A stretch of DNA of 63,600 nucleotides, counting the filler, from Stramenopiles sp. TOSAG23-2 (taxonomy: Eukaryota), in assembly GCA_900128395.1 (NCBI GenBank). It is 17 parts of 17 records of this genome, joined end to end, with 100 filler letters (N's around TTAATTAATTAA, not from the genome) between each part and the next. Parts side by side here need not be neighbours in the genome. Positions count along the whole stretch, not along the records: positions 31,303 to 35,108 come from LT651093.1; positions 35,209 to 39,013 come from LT651094.1; positions 39,114 to 42,918 come from LT651095.1; positions 43,019 to 46,817 come from LT651096.1; 13 more parts are not named here. One strand, given 5' to 3'. The position numbers and the translations under genes are program-made. Shown here piece by piece: positions 32,423 to 43,368 of this stretch. Position 1 is the stretch's first letter, and each line of letters begins with the position of its first letter. Under the pieces are notes generated by a model. That model searched no databases. It was not told the origin of the DNA and saw only the letters and a program-made list of their open reading frames with translations.

Positions 32423-34337
32423 TTACTGAATAGCACAGCTTCGTCTATTTGATTTTGCTTTTACCATTGTTGTGACTAATGGATCAAAGGCATCATTATT
32501 ATCCAGATCCTTCTTCGTGCTCTTATTATTATCCTCGTCATCATCAATCATCCAATCATTGTTATCAATATCGACTCTAAGTCCATTGATTTGATTTTTT
32601 GATTTTTTCTTTGACACAACACCTTCTTGTGGATTTAAATGATTCACTTTACTCGATTCAGGATTCTTATTCATATTTTTGCTGCTATCAGTTATATTAT
32701 TCCCCTCTTCCTTGACGTTCAATGTATCTCCTATAATTTTATCGTACATTTTATCTAATATTATTTTACCATGTGGACCAACATATACATTAAAGCCATC
32801 GGCTCGTGTTCCATTTAATAATTCACCACCAATTTCNNNNNNNNNNNNNNNNNNNNNNNNNNNNNNNNNNNNNNNNNNNNNNNNNNNNNNNNNNNNNNNN
32901 NNNNNNNNNNNNNNNNNNNNNNNNNNNNNNNNNNNNNNNNNNNNNNNNNNNNNNNNNNNNCCCAAGCCGATTGCAAAGCATTTATTTAAAGTCTCTGCTT
33001 CAATTTTATTTACAGAATTTACATCTGCAGCCGTACTTGCAGTTTTATTACTCTTGCTTTTACCTTTATTTCTACCATTACTTTTATCATCATTTATTTT
33101 ACTTTTCAAAAATTGCAATTGACTGAAATTATCTGTCATATATTGACCTCGACTATCTTTCACTATTTGCACTTCATTACCTAAATGATCTAAAATTGGA
33201 ATTGAGTTTGCTTCATATCCACCAGCCCAGACAACAACTAATGGTTTTGATTTTTTCAATGTCAATAAAAGTTCTTTATGATTTTGCACTTGTTTTGTTT
33301 GTAATCTACGCTCCGTTCCATTTTTTTTTGATAAATACAAGCGCTTGGCATCCCCTCTTAATCCCCCAAAAGGATAAATACTTTTCCTCCATGAACCTTG
33401 TGCTTCTTCTGGTAGATAACGATATCCAACACTACGTGCTTCTTGATCAGATGCAAAATGAACTTTAATTCTAGAACGATGCAATATCATCACGTCATTT
33501 CTTCTAAATCCCCAAGTACCCAGTGGAAATTCACTAGGACTTCGTAATGTTTGACCCATGGATTGTGCTAATTTTGCAGATTTTTTCCATTTCGCTTTAA
33601 TTATAGGTGTTTTGGATGTTGTTACATCTAAACGACTTTCTTCATTGTCAGCACCATGGGCAGGTCCATTTAATAATAACCATGCAGAACTAAATGCACT
33701 ATGTGAACCACCAACAATACATACCAATGGTGCATGTTCCCGATTTCTAACAGATGGAAATTGTAAGGAGCTTCGTAAATGAAAAACAACACTATCTAAC
33801 CCATCTTGCGTCAATAAATGATCCGAACGTATTACCATTGTTTGTGGACGAACGGATGTTGGCAACCATGTTGGTATCCTTTGTGATCCCCCTAATGCAA
33901 AAATTAATTGATGACATTTTATTTTTTGTCTTGTTATTGATAAATTATCATTATTATTTTCGGCTTTATTATTATTTTCATTGACTTGTGTTTTCTTTTC
34001 ATTTTTTACATTTATACGCTTTATAATTACTGTATATGTGCCATCTTCTTCTATAGATACACTTTCTGCTTCACAGGAGTGAAAGAAACCACTTGTTTTT
34101 GATTTTGTCATAATTTTTTTCAATGCTGGCATAGTTGCTTTTGAGAGAAATTCGCCTACTAAATGTAATGGTATATGATATCTGCCATGTCCAATTAATT
34201 CCATCCCACAATCAGTTGTTGCAACATCTATCAATGCTTCACAACGTCCAGTATTAACGCTACCACCATCACCAACAGTATCACCTAATGATGATTCACG
34301 CCGAGTGATTAATTTATTCTTATTCTTATTATTGTTG

Positions 34338-34379
<42 letters not shown>

Positions 34380-35047
34380 GTTTTGCTATCATTATTGCCA
34401 TTTACAGTTGATTCATTTGGTTTTTTACTATTATTGCTGTTGTTATTACTATTATTGTATTTATTATTTTTCTGCGGTTTATCTAAGGTATAACCAATAC
34501 TTTCAGATAATGGATCGTCATTATTTGTTATTATTTTTTTCGCAACTGCATCATTTATTTTTTTTATACTAACATTATTATTTGTTTGCTGTTGTTGTTG
34601 TACTTGTTTTTTTCTTGGACTTGGAAGTGGTGATTGACTAGTAGAAACAGAAATTCCAGTAACTGTGCCGACAAAACGTGCAGAGGATGTATTGGATCTT
34701 ATTAAATAATCTTGCAATTTCCCACCACCAATTCTATCTTCACTTGCTTTATCGATAATGATTAATCCATATTCATTCTTTTTCTTCTTATATATCTTCT
34801 TCTTATTTTTTTTTATCTTTTTTTTTCCTTTATTATTATTTATTTCATTTAATAATATTTCATTTTTTACAATAGTTGGAGTACGTGTTAATAGACTTGT
34901 TATTTTATCCTCACGCGCAGCACGTACTAGTAAACCTAGACCTGCTGGTCCACATCCAAGCACCAATACATTCGTTTCATAATCAATATTTTCATCTTCA
35001 TCAGTAGGTGCAACTTTATTCCTAAATAGAAACATATTATTATTTGA
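32423..35047 (-). CDS. FAD/NAD(P)-dependent oxidoreductase-like protein with low-complexity inserts and a C-terminal CaaX motif; internal scaffold gap 32837-32960
   Basis: VLVLGCGPAG, IGGGKL, IFALGG, CIVGGSHSAFS, VVWAGGY; ends CAIQ; start codon uncertain. Confidence 0.78.
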
Positions 35048-35208
35048 CACGTATGTAACTGCTAATTATACAAGTTTTATGGTGATTATTTTTAAGTTAA
35101 ATTATGGTNNNNNNNNNNNNNNNNNNNNNNNNNNNNNNNNNNNNNNNNNNNNTTAATTAATTAANNNNNNNNNNNNNNNNNNNNNNNNNNNNNNNNNNNN
35201 NNNNNNNN

Positions 35209-37375
35209 ATACAAGGTAAATGGCGTGGTAAAATGTCAAAAGATGAGCTCGAAAGACGTCGTGCTAGGAAATTACTTGAAGAAAAAGATTTACATGAACG
35301 AGAAATGGCTGCAATGAAAATTCAAGGTCAATATCGTGTTGCCGCTGCAAAGAAAAAAGTTCAAGAAAAGAAAACAAATGCGCATATGGCAGCCATGAAA
35401 GCAGCTGCTGAAGAAGAAAGGAGAAAAGATGAAATGGCTAAAATGAAAGCTGCTGCAGAATTAAAACGAGCAAAAGCAGAAAGGGAACTCATGGAACAAC
35501 GTAGAAAGCATGAAGAAGCATTAGCAAATGAAAAAGATGAAGCGAAACGTGCAGCTATGAAATTGCAACAAGAAAGAGAAATGGCTGCGTTGAAAATTCA
35601 ACAAATGTGGAGACGACGTGAAGCGCGTATGGAATTAAATGAGCGCAAGAGAAAACATGATAAATTAGTAGCAGAGCAACAGAAAGAAAGAGAAAAGCAA
35701 CGTCGTGAAATGGCTGCTATCAAAATACAAACCAAAGTTCGAATTTACTTGGCTAAAAAGGAAATACAAAAAAAACAAGCGGCACGAGATGCAAAATTGA
35801 AGAAAATGCAAGAGGAAGAACTTGCAAGAATTCAAAAGGAAAAGGCAGACTTGCAACTTGCTGAATTAAAAGCTAAGAATGAAGCTGCTCAAAAAAGAAA
35901 AGAGCTTGAAGCAAAGCAAAAGGCATTGGAAGAAGAGCATGCTTTAAAGGAAGAGGAAGAAGCAGCTGCTATCAAAATGCAATCGATGTGGAGAGCAAAA
36001 GAAGCAAAAGATGAAGTTGCAAAAAAGAAAGCACAACATGCTGCTGAAATGGAAGAACTTCGTCAACGAGGAGTAAAAGAAAAAGAAATTCAAGCACTTA
36101 GAGATAAGCAAGAACAGGAATTAGCTGCAATGAAAGTTCAAGCCTTGTATCGCGGTAGAAAAGCTAGAAGGGGTTTGGTAAAAAAACGTGAATTGCGTCG
36201 AGCTGAATTGAAAAAGAAGACTAGAGAAAATTCAAGACAAATGGCAGCAACAAAAATACAAGGAATGTACCGAAGTTGGAAAGCACGTCAATTTGTTCGT
36301 GGTAGAAAAGCTGAATTGAAAGCTAAATTTGAAGTAAGTAATATTACAAATATTCCGATCCTCGTAGTAATATATATACAATTTTAATACTCACTTTGAA
36401 AAAAAAAATTGAAATTGAAATCAAATTGATATTCAATATAAAAAAAAAACATATTTTTATGTCGCTTTTGTTTCCATGTGTGTCTCTTATATATATTTTC
36501 CAAAAAATCACTGTTGATTTGTGGTAATCTTCTCCTCCTCAAATTCTTTACTTTTTTACAACACTGCAGCGAGAACAGGCTGAAAAAGAAAAAAAGAAAG
36601 AAGGGGAGGAGGTTCGTATTTTTGAAATATATTTATATCATCACATATATATATCCATTTGCACAGCTACTCTTTACATCTATGATATCTATACATAAAA
36701 CTAACTTACTCATTCATATTTAATATTAAATAGGCACATAAACACCCAGAGAAAAAACACAATGCATGGGTTGAATATTGGGATGATGCTTCGCAAAGCA
36801 AGTATTATTTTAACAGTATTACTCATGAAACATCATGGACGCAACCAGATGGTTATGTAACAACTGGTAGCGCTACAGATTATGATACTGATTATGCAAT
36901 GGATGACGAATGGAAAGATTGGGTGGAAAAAGTTGATAAAAATACTGGTGAAACTTATTGGTATAATACAAAAACAGGCGCTACAGAATGGACCTCATTT
37001 GTTGACGAAGATGGTGATGGTTGGGATGATCGTTATGCGCCATTCCACGAAGAAGATTGGGATACACATGTAGATCCAAATAGTGGAAGTACCTATTATG
37101 TAAATAAAATGACTGGGGAAACACAATGGGCCGATTTTGTTGATGCAGATGGTGATGGTGTTGATGATCGATGGGATCCAGTACATGATGGTGATTGGGA
37201 GCAACGTCAAAGCACTACTGGCTCTGGCGAAATGGTCTGGTACAATGTCAAAACTGGTGAAGAAGCGCCATTAGAAGATGATTTTAATTGGGCTGACTGG
37301 GACGAATTAACGGATGCACAAAGTGGTGCAATTTACTATTATAATAGGCAAACTGGAGAAACACAATGGGCTTAA
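35209..37375 (+). CDS. IQ-repeat/coiled-coil protein with C-terminal WW repeats; exons <35209-36333, 36570-36611, 36734-37375
   Basis: Many IQxxxRG-type motifs; donors GTAAGT (36334) and GTTCGT (36612), acceptors CTGCAG (36569) and AATAG (36733) with a CTAAC branch site; phase is preserved into about five WW-like units. Confidence 0.85.
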
Positions 37376-37684
37376 AGGCTTAAAAACACATACATGTGGT
37401 TAGAGAGAAAAATGTAAAACATGAAAAAAGATATTTCTTTAAAACTACATAAACTGATGGTTAAAATCTAAGTTTATAAGTATAATATGATATACGCTCG
37501 TAGACTTTTGTATGATACGAGAAGTAATAATATACGTTCGTGTATCATATTATATTAATATCTATACACACTCCTAATATAATATTTTTTTGTAAAAAAA
37601 TCCTAGACGAGTAGATATTAATAAAAAAAATACGTATGATACATAAAATACGAATCGCGTACCCCGCTCGCGCGGTACTTAATC

Positions 37685-39013
37685 CTATAGCATACCCATT
37701 GCCCTCATTTCAGCAAGCTCATAATGTTCGTTTTCTAACTCTTCTCTAAATTTGATTCGTTCACGATCAATACCATCAAAAAATTCAACTATTGTTGCTT
37801 GTAATGGACCTCGTTGTTTAAATCTTTCGCGTTTCTTATCAGATAATTTTAATCCACTAACTATATATTCAGTCAATTCCTCATGTTGTATCAGTTCATC
37901 TCCATCGGTATCTATGGAATTTAGAAAGTTCTTGCATTCTTCAACTGATACTTCACGTCCAGTAATTTTTTCAATCATTTTTTTCGTCTCTTCAGCATCT
38001 ATACTACCACTATTATCCGCATCGTATTCACGCCAAATATGTTCCAAAAATGCATGGATTTCTTCTTTCTCTTCCATGGGAACGAACCTTTCCTCTTCAC
38101 TCAAACCTTCTTCTTTCTCTTTTCGTAGTCTTTCAGCTTCTTTACGAGCGTTTTCAGTTCTATATAACTCTCTTATTCTCTTTACTTCTTTCGTTTCCAG
38201 AAAAAGTTCGTCACGGGCATTTCTTCCTTTTTCCATATAGGTTGGAAACTTTTTTATATTTTTATCTTCTTCCACTACTACATTTTGCCCTACTACTAAA
38301 TCTTCTTCCTCCTCCTCCTCTTCTTCTTCTTCTTCTTCTTCCTCCTCTTCTTCTTCTTCTATTACAGCTGCTGCTTTTTTGAATATTTCCTCTTCAATTA
38401 CATCATCGTTGTCTATTTCTTTCATTGAGTTTTCAGTAACCTCATTTTCAATTTCTTCACCTTTCTCTTTTTCATCTTCAATCTTATCTACATGCGTATT
38501 GGTATCGGAAGGAATAGTAACAAGAGCTGGATTAACAGGGTTCACTTTTTCTTCTACGCCATTCTTCACTTTATTATTTTTTTTATTTTTTCGTTGTTTT
38601 ACTATTGGTTTTTTCTGATTCGATTTTATCTTTTTGGTTCCTTTATTGGTTTTATTTGAAGATGTAATTTTTAAATGTCGTATTTCTTTTGGTTTGACAT
38701 ATTGTTTGACATTATATTTTTCATTAGGCACAGCAATATTATTGTTTATTATTTTCTTTGAATTATCTTGGATAGCAGCAATTTTTTTCAGTTTTGGTGA
38801 TTTTACTTTTATTTTTACGCCGTTTGCTTTCTTTCTTGCGGGACTCTTTGGACTGATGTTTGGACTAGTTATTTGTGACTTTCTATCCTTAGCAATTTTA
38901 TATCCTGCACGATTTGCAACATCCTTTTTCCACGTATTGATTATACCTCTGGCAGGGGGATTCCATTGCGATTGCTGTGTAAATGTGTTGTAATAATAAT
39001 AAGTTACACCATC
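37685..39013 (-). CDS. WW-domain and EF-hand protein, 5' truncated
   Basis: The frame stays open upstream of the called start to the contig edge, giving DGVTYYYYNTFTQQSQWNPP (WW); EF loops DADNSGSIDAEE and DTDGDELIQHEE. Confidence 0.85.
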   Translation of the reverse strand, partial: DGVTYYYYNTFTQQSQWNPPARGIINTWKKDVANRAGYKIAKDRKSQITSPNISPKSPARKKANGVKIKVKSPKLKKIAAIQDNSKKIINNNIAVPNEKYNVKQYVKPKEIRHLKITSSNKTNKGTKKIKSNQKKPIVKQRKNKKNNKVKNGVEEKVNPVNPALVTIPSDTNTHVDKIEDEKEKGEEIENEVTENSMKEIDNDDVIEEEIFKKAAAVIEEEEEEEEEEEEEEEEEEEDLVVGQNVVVEEDKNIKKFPTYMEKGRNARDELFLETKEVKRIRELYRTENARKEAERLRKEKEEGLSEEERFVPMEEKEEIHAFLEHIWREYDADNSGSIDAEETKKMIEKITGREVSVEECKNFLNSIDTDGDELIQHEELTEYIVSGLKLSDKKRERFKQRGPLQATIVEFFDGIDRERIKFREELENEHYELAEMRAMGML

Positions 39014-39113
39014 NNNNNNNNNNNNNNNNNNNNNNNNNNNNNNNNNNNNNNNNNNNNTTAATTAATTAANNNNNNNNNNNNNNNNNNNNNNNNNNNNNNN
39101 NNNNNNNNNNNNN

Positions 39114-39555
39114 AGTAATAGATCCAGTATTAGAGGAGATCATGTCATTGACAATTGATGACAATATCGATATTGATCGAAATAATATAATAAAAGATTT
39201 TAATGGTGATGAATTGCCAGATTCTGATCAGATCGACACTATGGTACAAGCAAATGCAATACGTTTAGCAGAAGTGGTTGATAAAATATTAGATAGAGCA
39301 TTAGCATTTGTCCCTAATTGTATCGGCGCATTGCGTAGAACATTTGAACGTATTGTAGAAACAGCAAAAGTAACATTTCCAAACTATGAATACGTTGGTT
39401 TAAGTAATATATTTGTACTTCGTGTCATGACCGCGCCATTGATTCGTATGGGATGGAATCCAGATAATCAATTGAATGAAAACCAAAAAAGGATGTTAGC
39501 ATTAGTTACAAAATTATTAAATAGTGTATCGATCAAGCAAGGTCCTGGAAATTAG
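39114..39555 (+). CDS. C-terminal part of a RasGAP-like domain; probably the same gene as the downstream PTEN ORF (frameshift near 39540)
   Basis: NAIRL...ILDR...C.GALR...AKVTFP...GLSNIFVLRVMTAPL...QKRMLALVTKLLNSVS resembles the RasGAP FLR...RxLxLxxKxLQ region. Confidence 0.6.
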
Positions 39556-42500
39556 ATCATTCGTATATGATCATAAGGAAGATATACGATTATCTTTACT
39601 AAGTTCAGTATTAGTTCAAGGCAAACATAATCATCATAAACTTGCGAATCATTTTACTGCTATCATTGCATATTTGCATTCTGATATGCGTTTATCATGG
39701 GATGAGATGAAAAAATCGATAAGATTGAATCGTGGTATTACACCTGATTCACCATTTCGCACGAAAGAGCAGAAGAAAATGCGTTTTTCAAATGTAATTG
39801 CCCCGGAAGATTTAGAAGATTACGACGATGAGAATAATGATGGGACTAAGCGTAAACGAAAAGGAAGGAAAAAAAAGAAAAATCGACAATCGTTTGTCCA
39901 GCGCTTAGCGGGAAAAATCGTATCCTCATCCACACCTCGAACTCGCACATATAGTACATCTCAAGATTTTTGTAACGATGATTCTGCATCAAATGATGAT
40001 AGCATTATCGATATGATGACTGAATCACCACTTTTGACATTATCAAGTATATCTTCAATTCCAAAATTACAATCAGAACCGGTAAAAAGTGAAGACCAGC
40101 CAATAGGAGTTAGGAAATATGATACGGAAGAACTTTTACAGACGACAATACGAAATGATATTATAAATACAAATGTAGATAATATGCATTCAATGAAAGA
40201 TGAGCCAGGACATTGGGAAAAAGATGAAGAAGATGAAGAAGATGAAGAGGAGGATAATGTAAATGGTGATAGCTATGATACTAGTAAACCGAATAATGGA
40301 TATTTAAGAGCTGTTGATATAGATTATCTAGGCCGAACGTGGGTAAATGAAAGCTTACTTAATAATATCGATCCATTATCTATTAATAACGATAAAGTGA
40401 TCATTTTAGATGAAGAAGCAAGCCATGCAAGCACGAAAGATTTGTTAAAAGTCAATCCAATTTCCAAAGTTTCTAAATGGAGCTTGAATCCTATAAGAAA
40501 AGCACGCCAAAAAGTCTCGTTGAAAAAAAATAGATTTATCCATGATGGATTTGATTTAGATTTAACATATATAACCAATAAAGTAATTGCAATGGGATTT
40601 CCATGTGAAGGTACGCAAAGTTTATATCGCAATTCCTTAACGGATACGGTTCGTTTTTTAAATTATTATCACAAAAATCACTATATGATCTATAATTTAT
40701 GCCAAGAACGTGAATATGATTGTAAAAAATTTGATGGCCGAGTAATACGTTTTCCATTTGCTGATCATAACGCTTGTCCATTGCCGATGATATTGCAATT
40801 TAGAGATCATGCGAAATCCTTTTTAGAAAAAGATCGCGACAATGTTATTGCAGTACATTGTAAAGCAGGGAAAGGTCGCACTGGATTATTTATATGCTGC
40901 CTACTTAGTAGTAGCGGATTGACAAGTTTAGATGCAATGAATATATATGCCACAAGACGGACTCGTAATAACCAAGGAGTCACAATACCATCACAAAGAA
41001 TATATGTAGATTTATTTAAACGATATGTTAATGATGTTGCTGGATATAATGAACGATTACAATATGCAAAAAATTTAAAGCATATTGATTTGCATGGGAT
41101 GATATTGAAGCATGATGAATATGTTTTTTTCCAAGTATTGACTCCATCTTATCATCATGGATATGAAGGAAAACATGTTCCATTGCCTAGTAGCGATGAG
41201 ACAATACTTTATGATTCCAGGTTAGAAGTTGGTCTGGTTGAAGGCGTTGATGCTCAAGTGAATTTAACAATTGGGCCGCTGTTTGGACTAAGTTTCAAAG
41301 GCGATGTTAGATTAGTTTTTTATAAGGTTCATAATAGCCACTCGAAGAAATTTTTTCAATGTTGGATAAATTCTACTTTTTTAAAAAACGACATGTGTAT
41401 TCGACCTAAACGGGAATTGGATGGCGCAATAAAAGATAAAAAAAATAAAAAATTTCATCGTGATTTTTACATGAAATGTGTTTTTGAAAGTATGACTATG
41501 GATGACATGAAGGAGGAACAAATGAGGGAAAAGGAAAAAAATACAAATGTTGAAGATGAGAAAGAAAAGGAACTAGTAGAAGATGAACAAGAAGAGGTAC
41601 AAGTAGAGGATGCCAAAGAAATGGTACAAATGAACGGCGAGGAAAAAACAACAAACGGTGAAGAAGATGACAATGAGCCATTTTTTGATGTGGATGGTGA
41701 GCACAAAGATGCGGAAGGAATGGTATTAGGTGGTGATGCTTTAGTCGCACAATATTTGAAATCATTAGGAGAGGATGAAGAAGAAGATGATGATGATGAA
41801 GAAGAAGATGATGAGGAAATGGAAGATGAAGATGATGAGGAAATGGAAGATGAAGGCACAACAAAGGTAGAAGAAGAGTATGTTGCAACAAAAGGAGCAT
41901 CTGTTCCATTGCCACCACCACCACCACCACCACCATTGGAAGAAGTAGAAACAAAAACTTTCTTGCCAAAAAGGCAATTTGCTCCATCAATTTTTACAGA
42001 TTTAGCACATTTAACGTCTGATATACAATTTGATTTTAGCCCAATAGCTACAAGGCACAAAGAGCATGAAGTGGAAGAAGAATTAAGAAGATCATTGAGA
42101 TTGACAAGCTCCAAGCCACTTGGTCGCCGTGTTTCCAAACGATCTAGTCCTGTACGAAAAAAAATGTTACGAAGCGACGATAGTGATGATATTTGGTTGG
42201 CGAATCGAATTGCATATCAAATGCCTCGTGGAAGTCATCGAACGGCTACGTTTGCTACAACCCAACGAAGGAGAAAACAAAAAAAGAAAAAACACAAAGA
42301 AGCACTTCCTTCACCACGTGGTGTTGCTCATACGCATGGTCATGGAAATCATCGTAGCCAATCTCCATTGATTTTACATGTTAAACCTAGGAAAAGACCA
42401 AAGAATAATAAAATAACAGCAGTTGATTATGGAAGAAAACGCCTTCCTCGAAGTAAATATGATTACTTAAATAGAAGTGTTGCTTCTCAACACCAAAGAA

Positions 42501-42601
42501 AACGTTTAACCGGTAGTCCAACGATGCCGATTGATTTTTATCATTTGACAAAAAGAAAGTTGGGAAATTTAAGTCCAACAATGACAAGTATATATCATTG
42601 A
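39524..42601 (+). CDS. PTEN: PTEN-like phosphoinositide phosphatase plus C2 domain, with long acidic and poly-Pro extensions
   Basis: KNRFIHDGFDLDLTYIT, IAMGFP, YRN, FPFADH, HCKAGKGRTG, GVTIPSQ, GDVRLVFY, FQCWINSTF. Confidence 0.9.
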   Translation: MYRSSKVLEIRSFVYDHKEDIRLSLLSSVLVQGKHNHHKLANHFTAIIAYLHSDMRLSWDEMKKSIRLNRGITPDSPFRTKEQKKMRFSNVIAPEDLEDYDDENNDGTKRKRKGRKKKKNRQSFVQRLAGKIVSSSTPRTRTYSTSQDFCNDDSASNDDSIIDMMTESPLLTLSSISSIPKLQSEPVKSEDQPIGVRKYDTEELLQTTIRNDIINTNVDNMHSMKDEPGHWEKDEEDEEDEEEDNVNGDSYDTSKPNNGYLRAVDIDYLGRTWVNESLLNNIDPLSINNDKVIILDEEASHASTKDLLKVNPISKVSKWSLNPIRKARQKVSLKKNRFIHDGFDLDLTYITNKVIAMGFPCEGTQSLYRNSLTDTVRFLNYYHKNHYMIYNLCQEREYDCKKFDGRVIRFPFADHNACPLPMILQFRDHAKSFLEKDRDNVIAVHCKAGKGRTGLFICCLLSSSGLTSLDAMNIYATRRTRNNQGVTIPSQRIYVDLFKRYVNDVAGYNERLQYAKNLKHIDLHGMILKHDEYVFFQVLTPSYHHGYEGKHVPLPSSDETILYDSRLEVGLVEGVDAQVNLTIGPLFGLSFKGDVRLVFYKVHNSHSKKFFQCWINSTFLKNDMCIRPKRELDGAIKDKKNKKFHRDFYMKCVFESMTMDDMKEEQMREKEKNTNVEDEKEKELVEDEQEEVQVEDAKEMVQMNGEEKTTNGEEDDNEPFFDVDGEHKDAEGMVLGGDALVAQYLKSLGEDEEEDDDDEEEDDEEMEDEDDEEMEDEGTTKVEEEYVATKGASVPLPPPPPPPPLEEVETKTFLPKRQFAPSIFTDLAHLTSDIQFDFSPIATRHKEHEVEEELRRSLRLTSSKPLGRRVSKRSSPVRKKMLRSDDSDDIWLANRIAYQMPRGSHRTATFATTQRRRKQKKKKHKEALPSPRGVAHTHGHGNHRSQSPLILHVKPRKRPKNNKITAVDYGRKRLPRSKYDYLNRSVASQHQRKRLTGSPTMPIDFYHLTKRKLGNLSPTMTSIYH

Positions 42602-43368
42602 AAAAAAGAATGTGTGAGAGAGGATAGAGACAGCACACAGGAAAGAGAATATGCGCGCGCATGGTTCGGTGTTATTTTAACTTTTAGCGGAGGTGTACAA
42701 AAAGAATTAAGACATTTACGCTTCGTAGAAGGAAACAAAAGGAAAATTTTGTAGACTGCGTACATGTGTGTGAGAGAGAGAAGAGATTTTTAAAATTAAA
42801 ATTTTATGTGTACGATATGTGCTGTATATATATTAATTTTTTAAATATTATATTATATAATATATATTATGAGAATATCAACACACTTGTGTGAGATAGA
42901 TTATTTCAGTTATTTTATNNNNNNNNNNNNNNNNNNNNNNNNNNNNNNNNNNNNNNNNNNNNTTAATTAATTAANNNNNNNNNNNNNNNNNNNNNNNNNN
43001 NNNNNNNNNNNNNNNNNNTTTTTTTTTTTTTTTTTGTTTAATTTGGCCGGAAAAAAAAAAAGGGAGGGCAAACATTGTTAAACGACAAAAGTAGTAGTAT
43101 TATCATTAAGAAAATAATACTTCAAAACAAGAATTAAACTTAGCACGCACGTGAGCAACACACGGATATATTATCTCTAGAATATTAGAATCATATATCA
43201 TATATACATTTGTAAACTTGATTGTAAATACATATCAATTACAAAGTCTGCTTCGTGTTTTAAGAAAATTCTTACTAAAAAAATATATATAAAAATTCCC
43301 AAAAAACAAAAAACAAACAAAACTTACACAACAAACATTTCCCCGAAACAAAATATTAAAAAGAAAAT

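Noticed and set aside
41467-42138. Antisense ORFs rich in Ser/Leu/His/Trp opposite acidic or Asn-rich genes (also 37752-38993, 34305-34982, 18402-18662)
   Set aside because: They are shadow frames of low-complexity codon runs on the true coding strand
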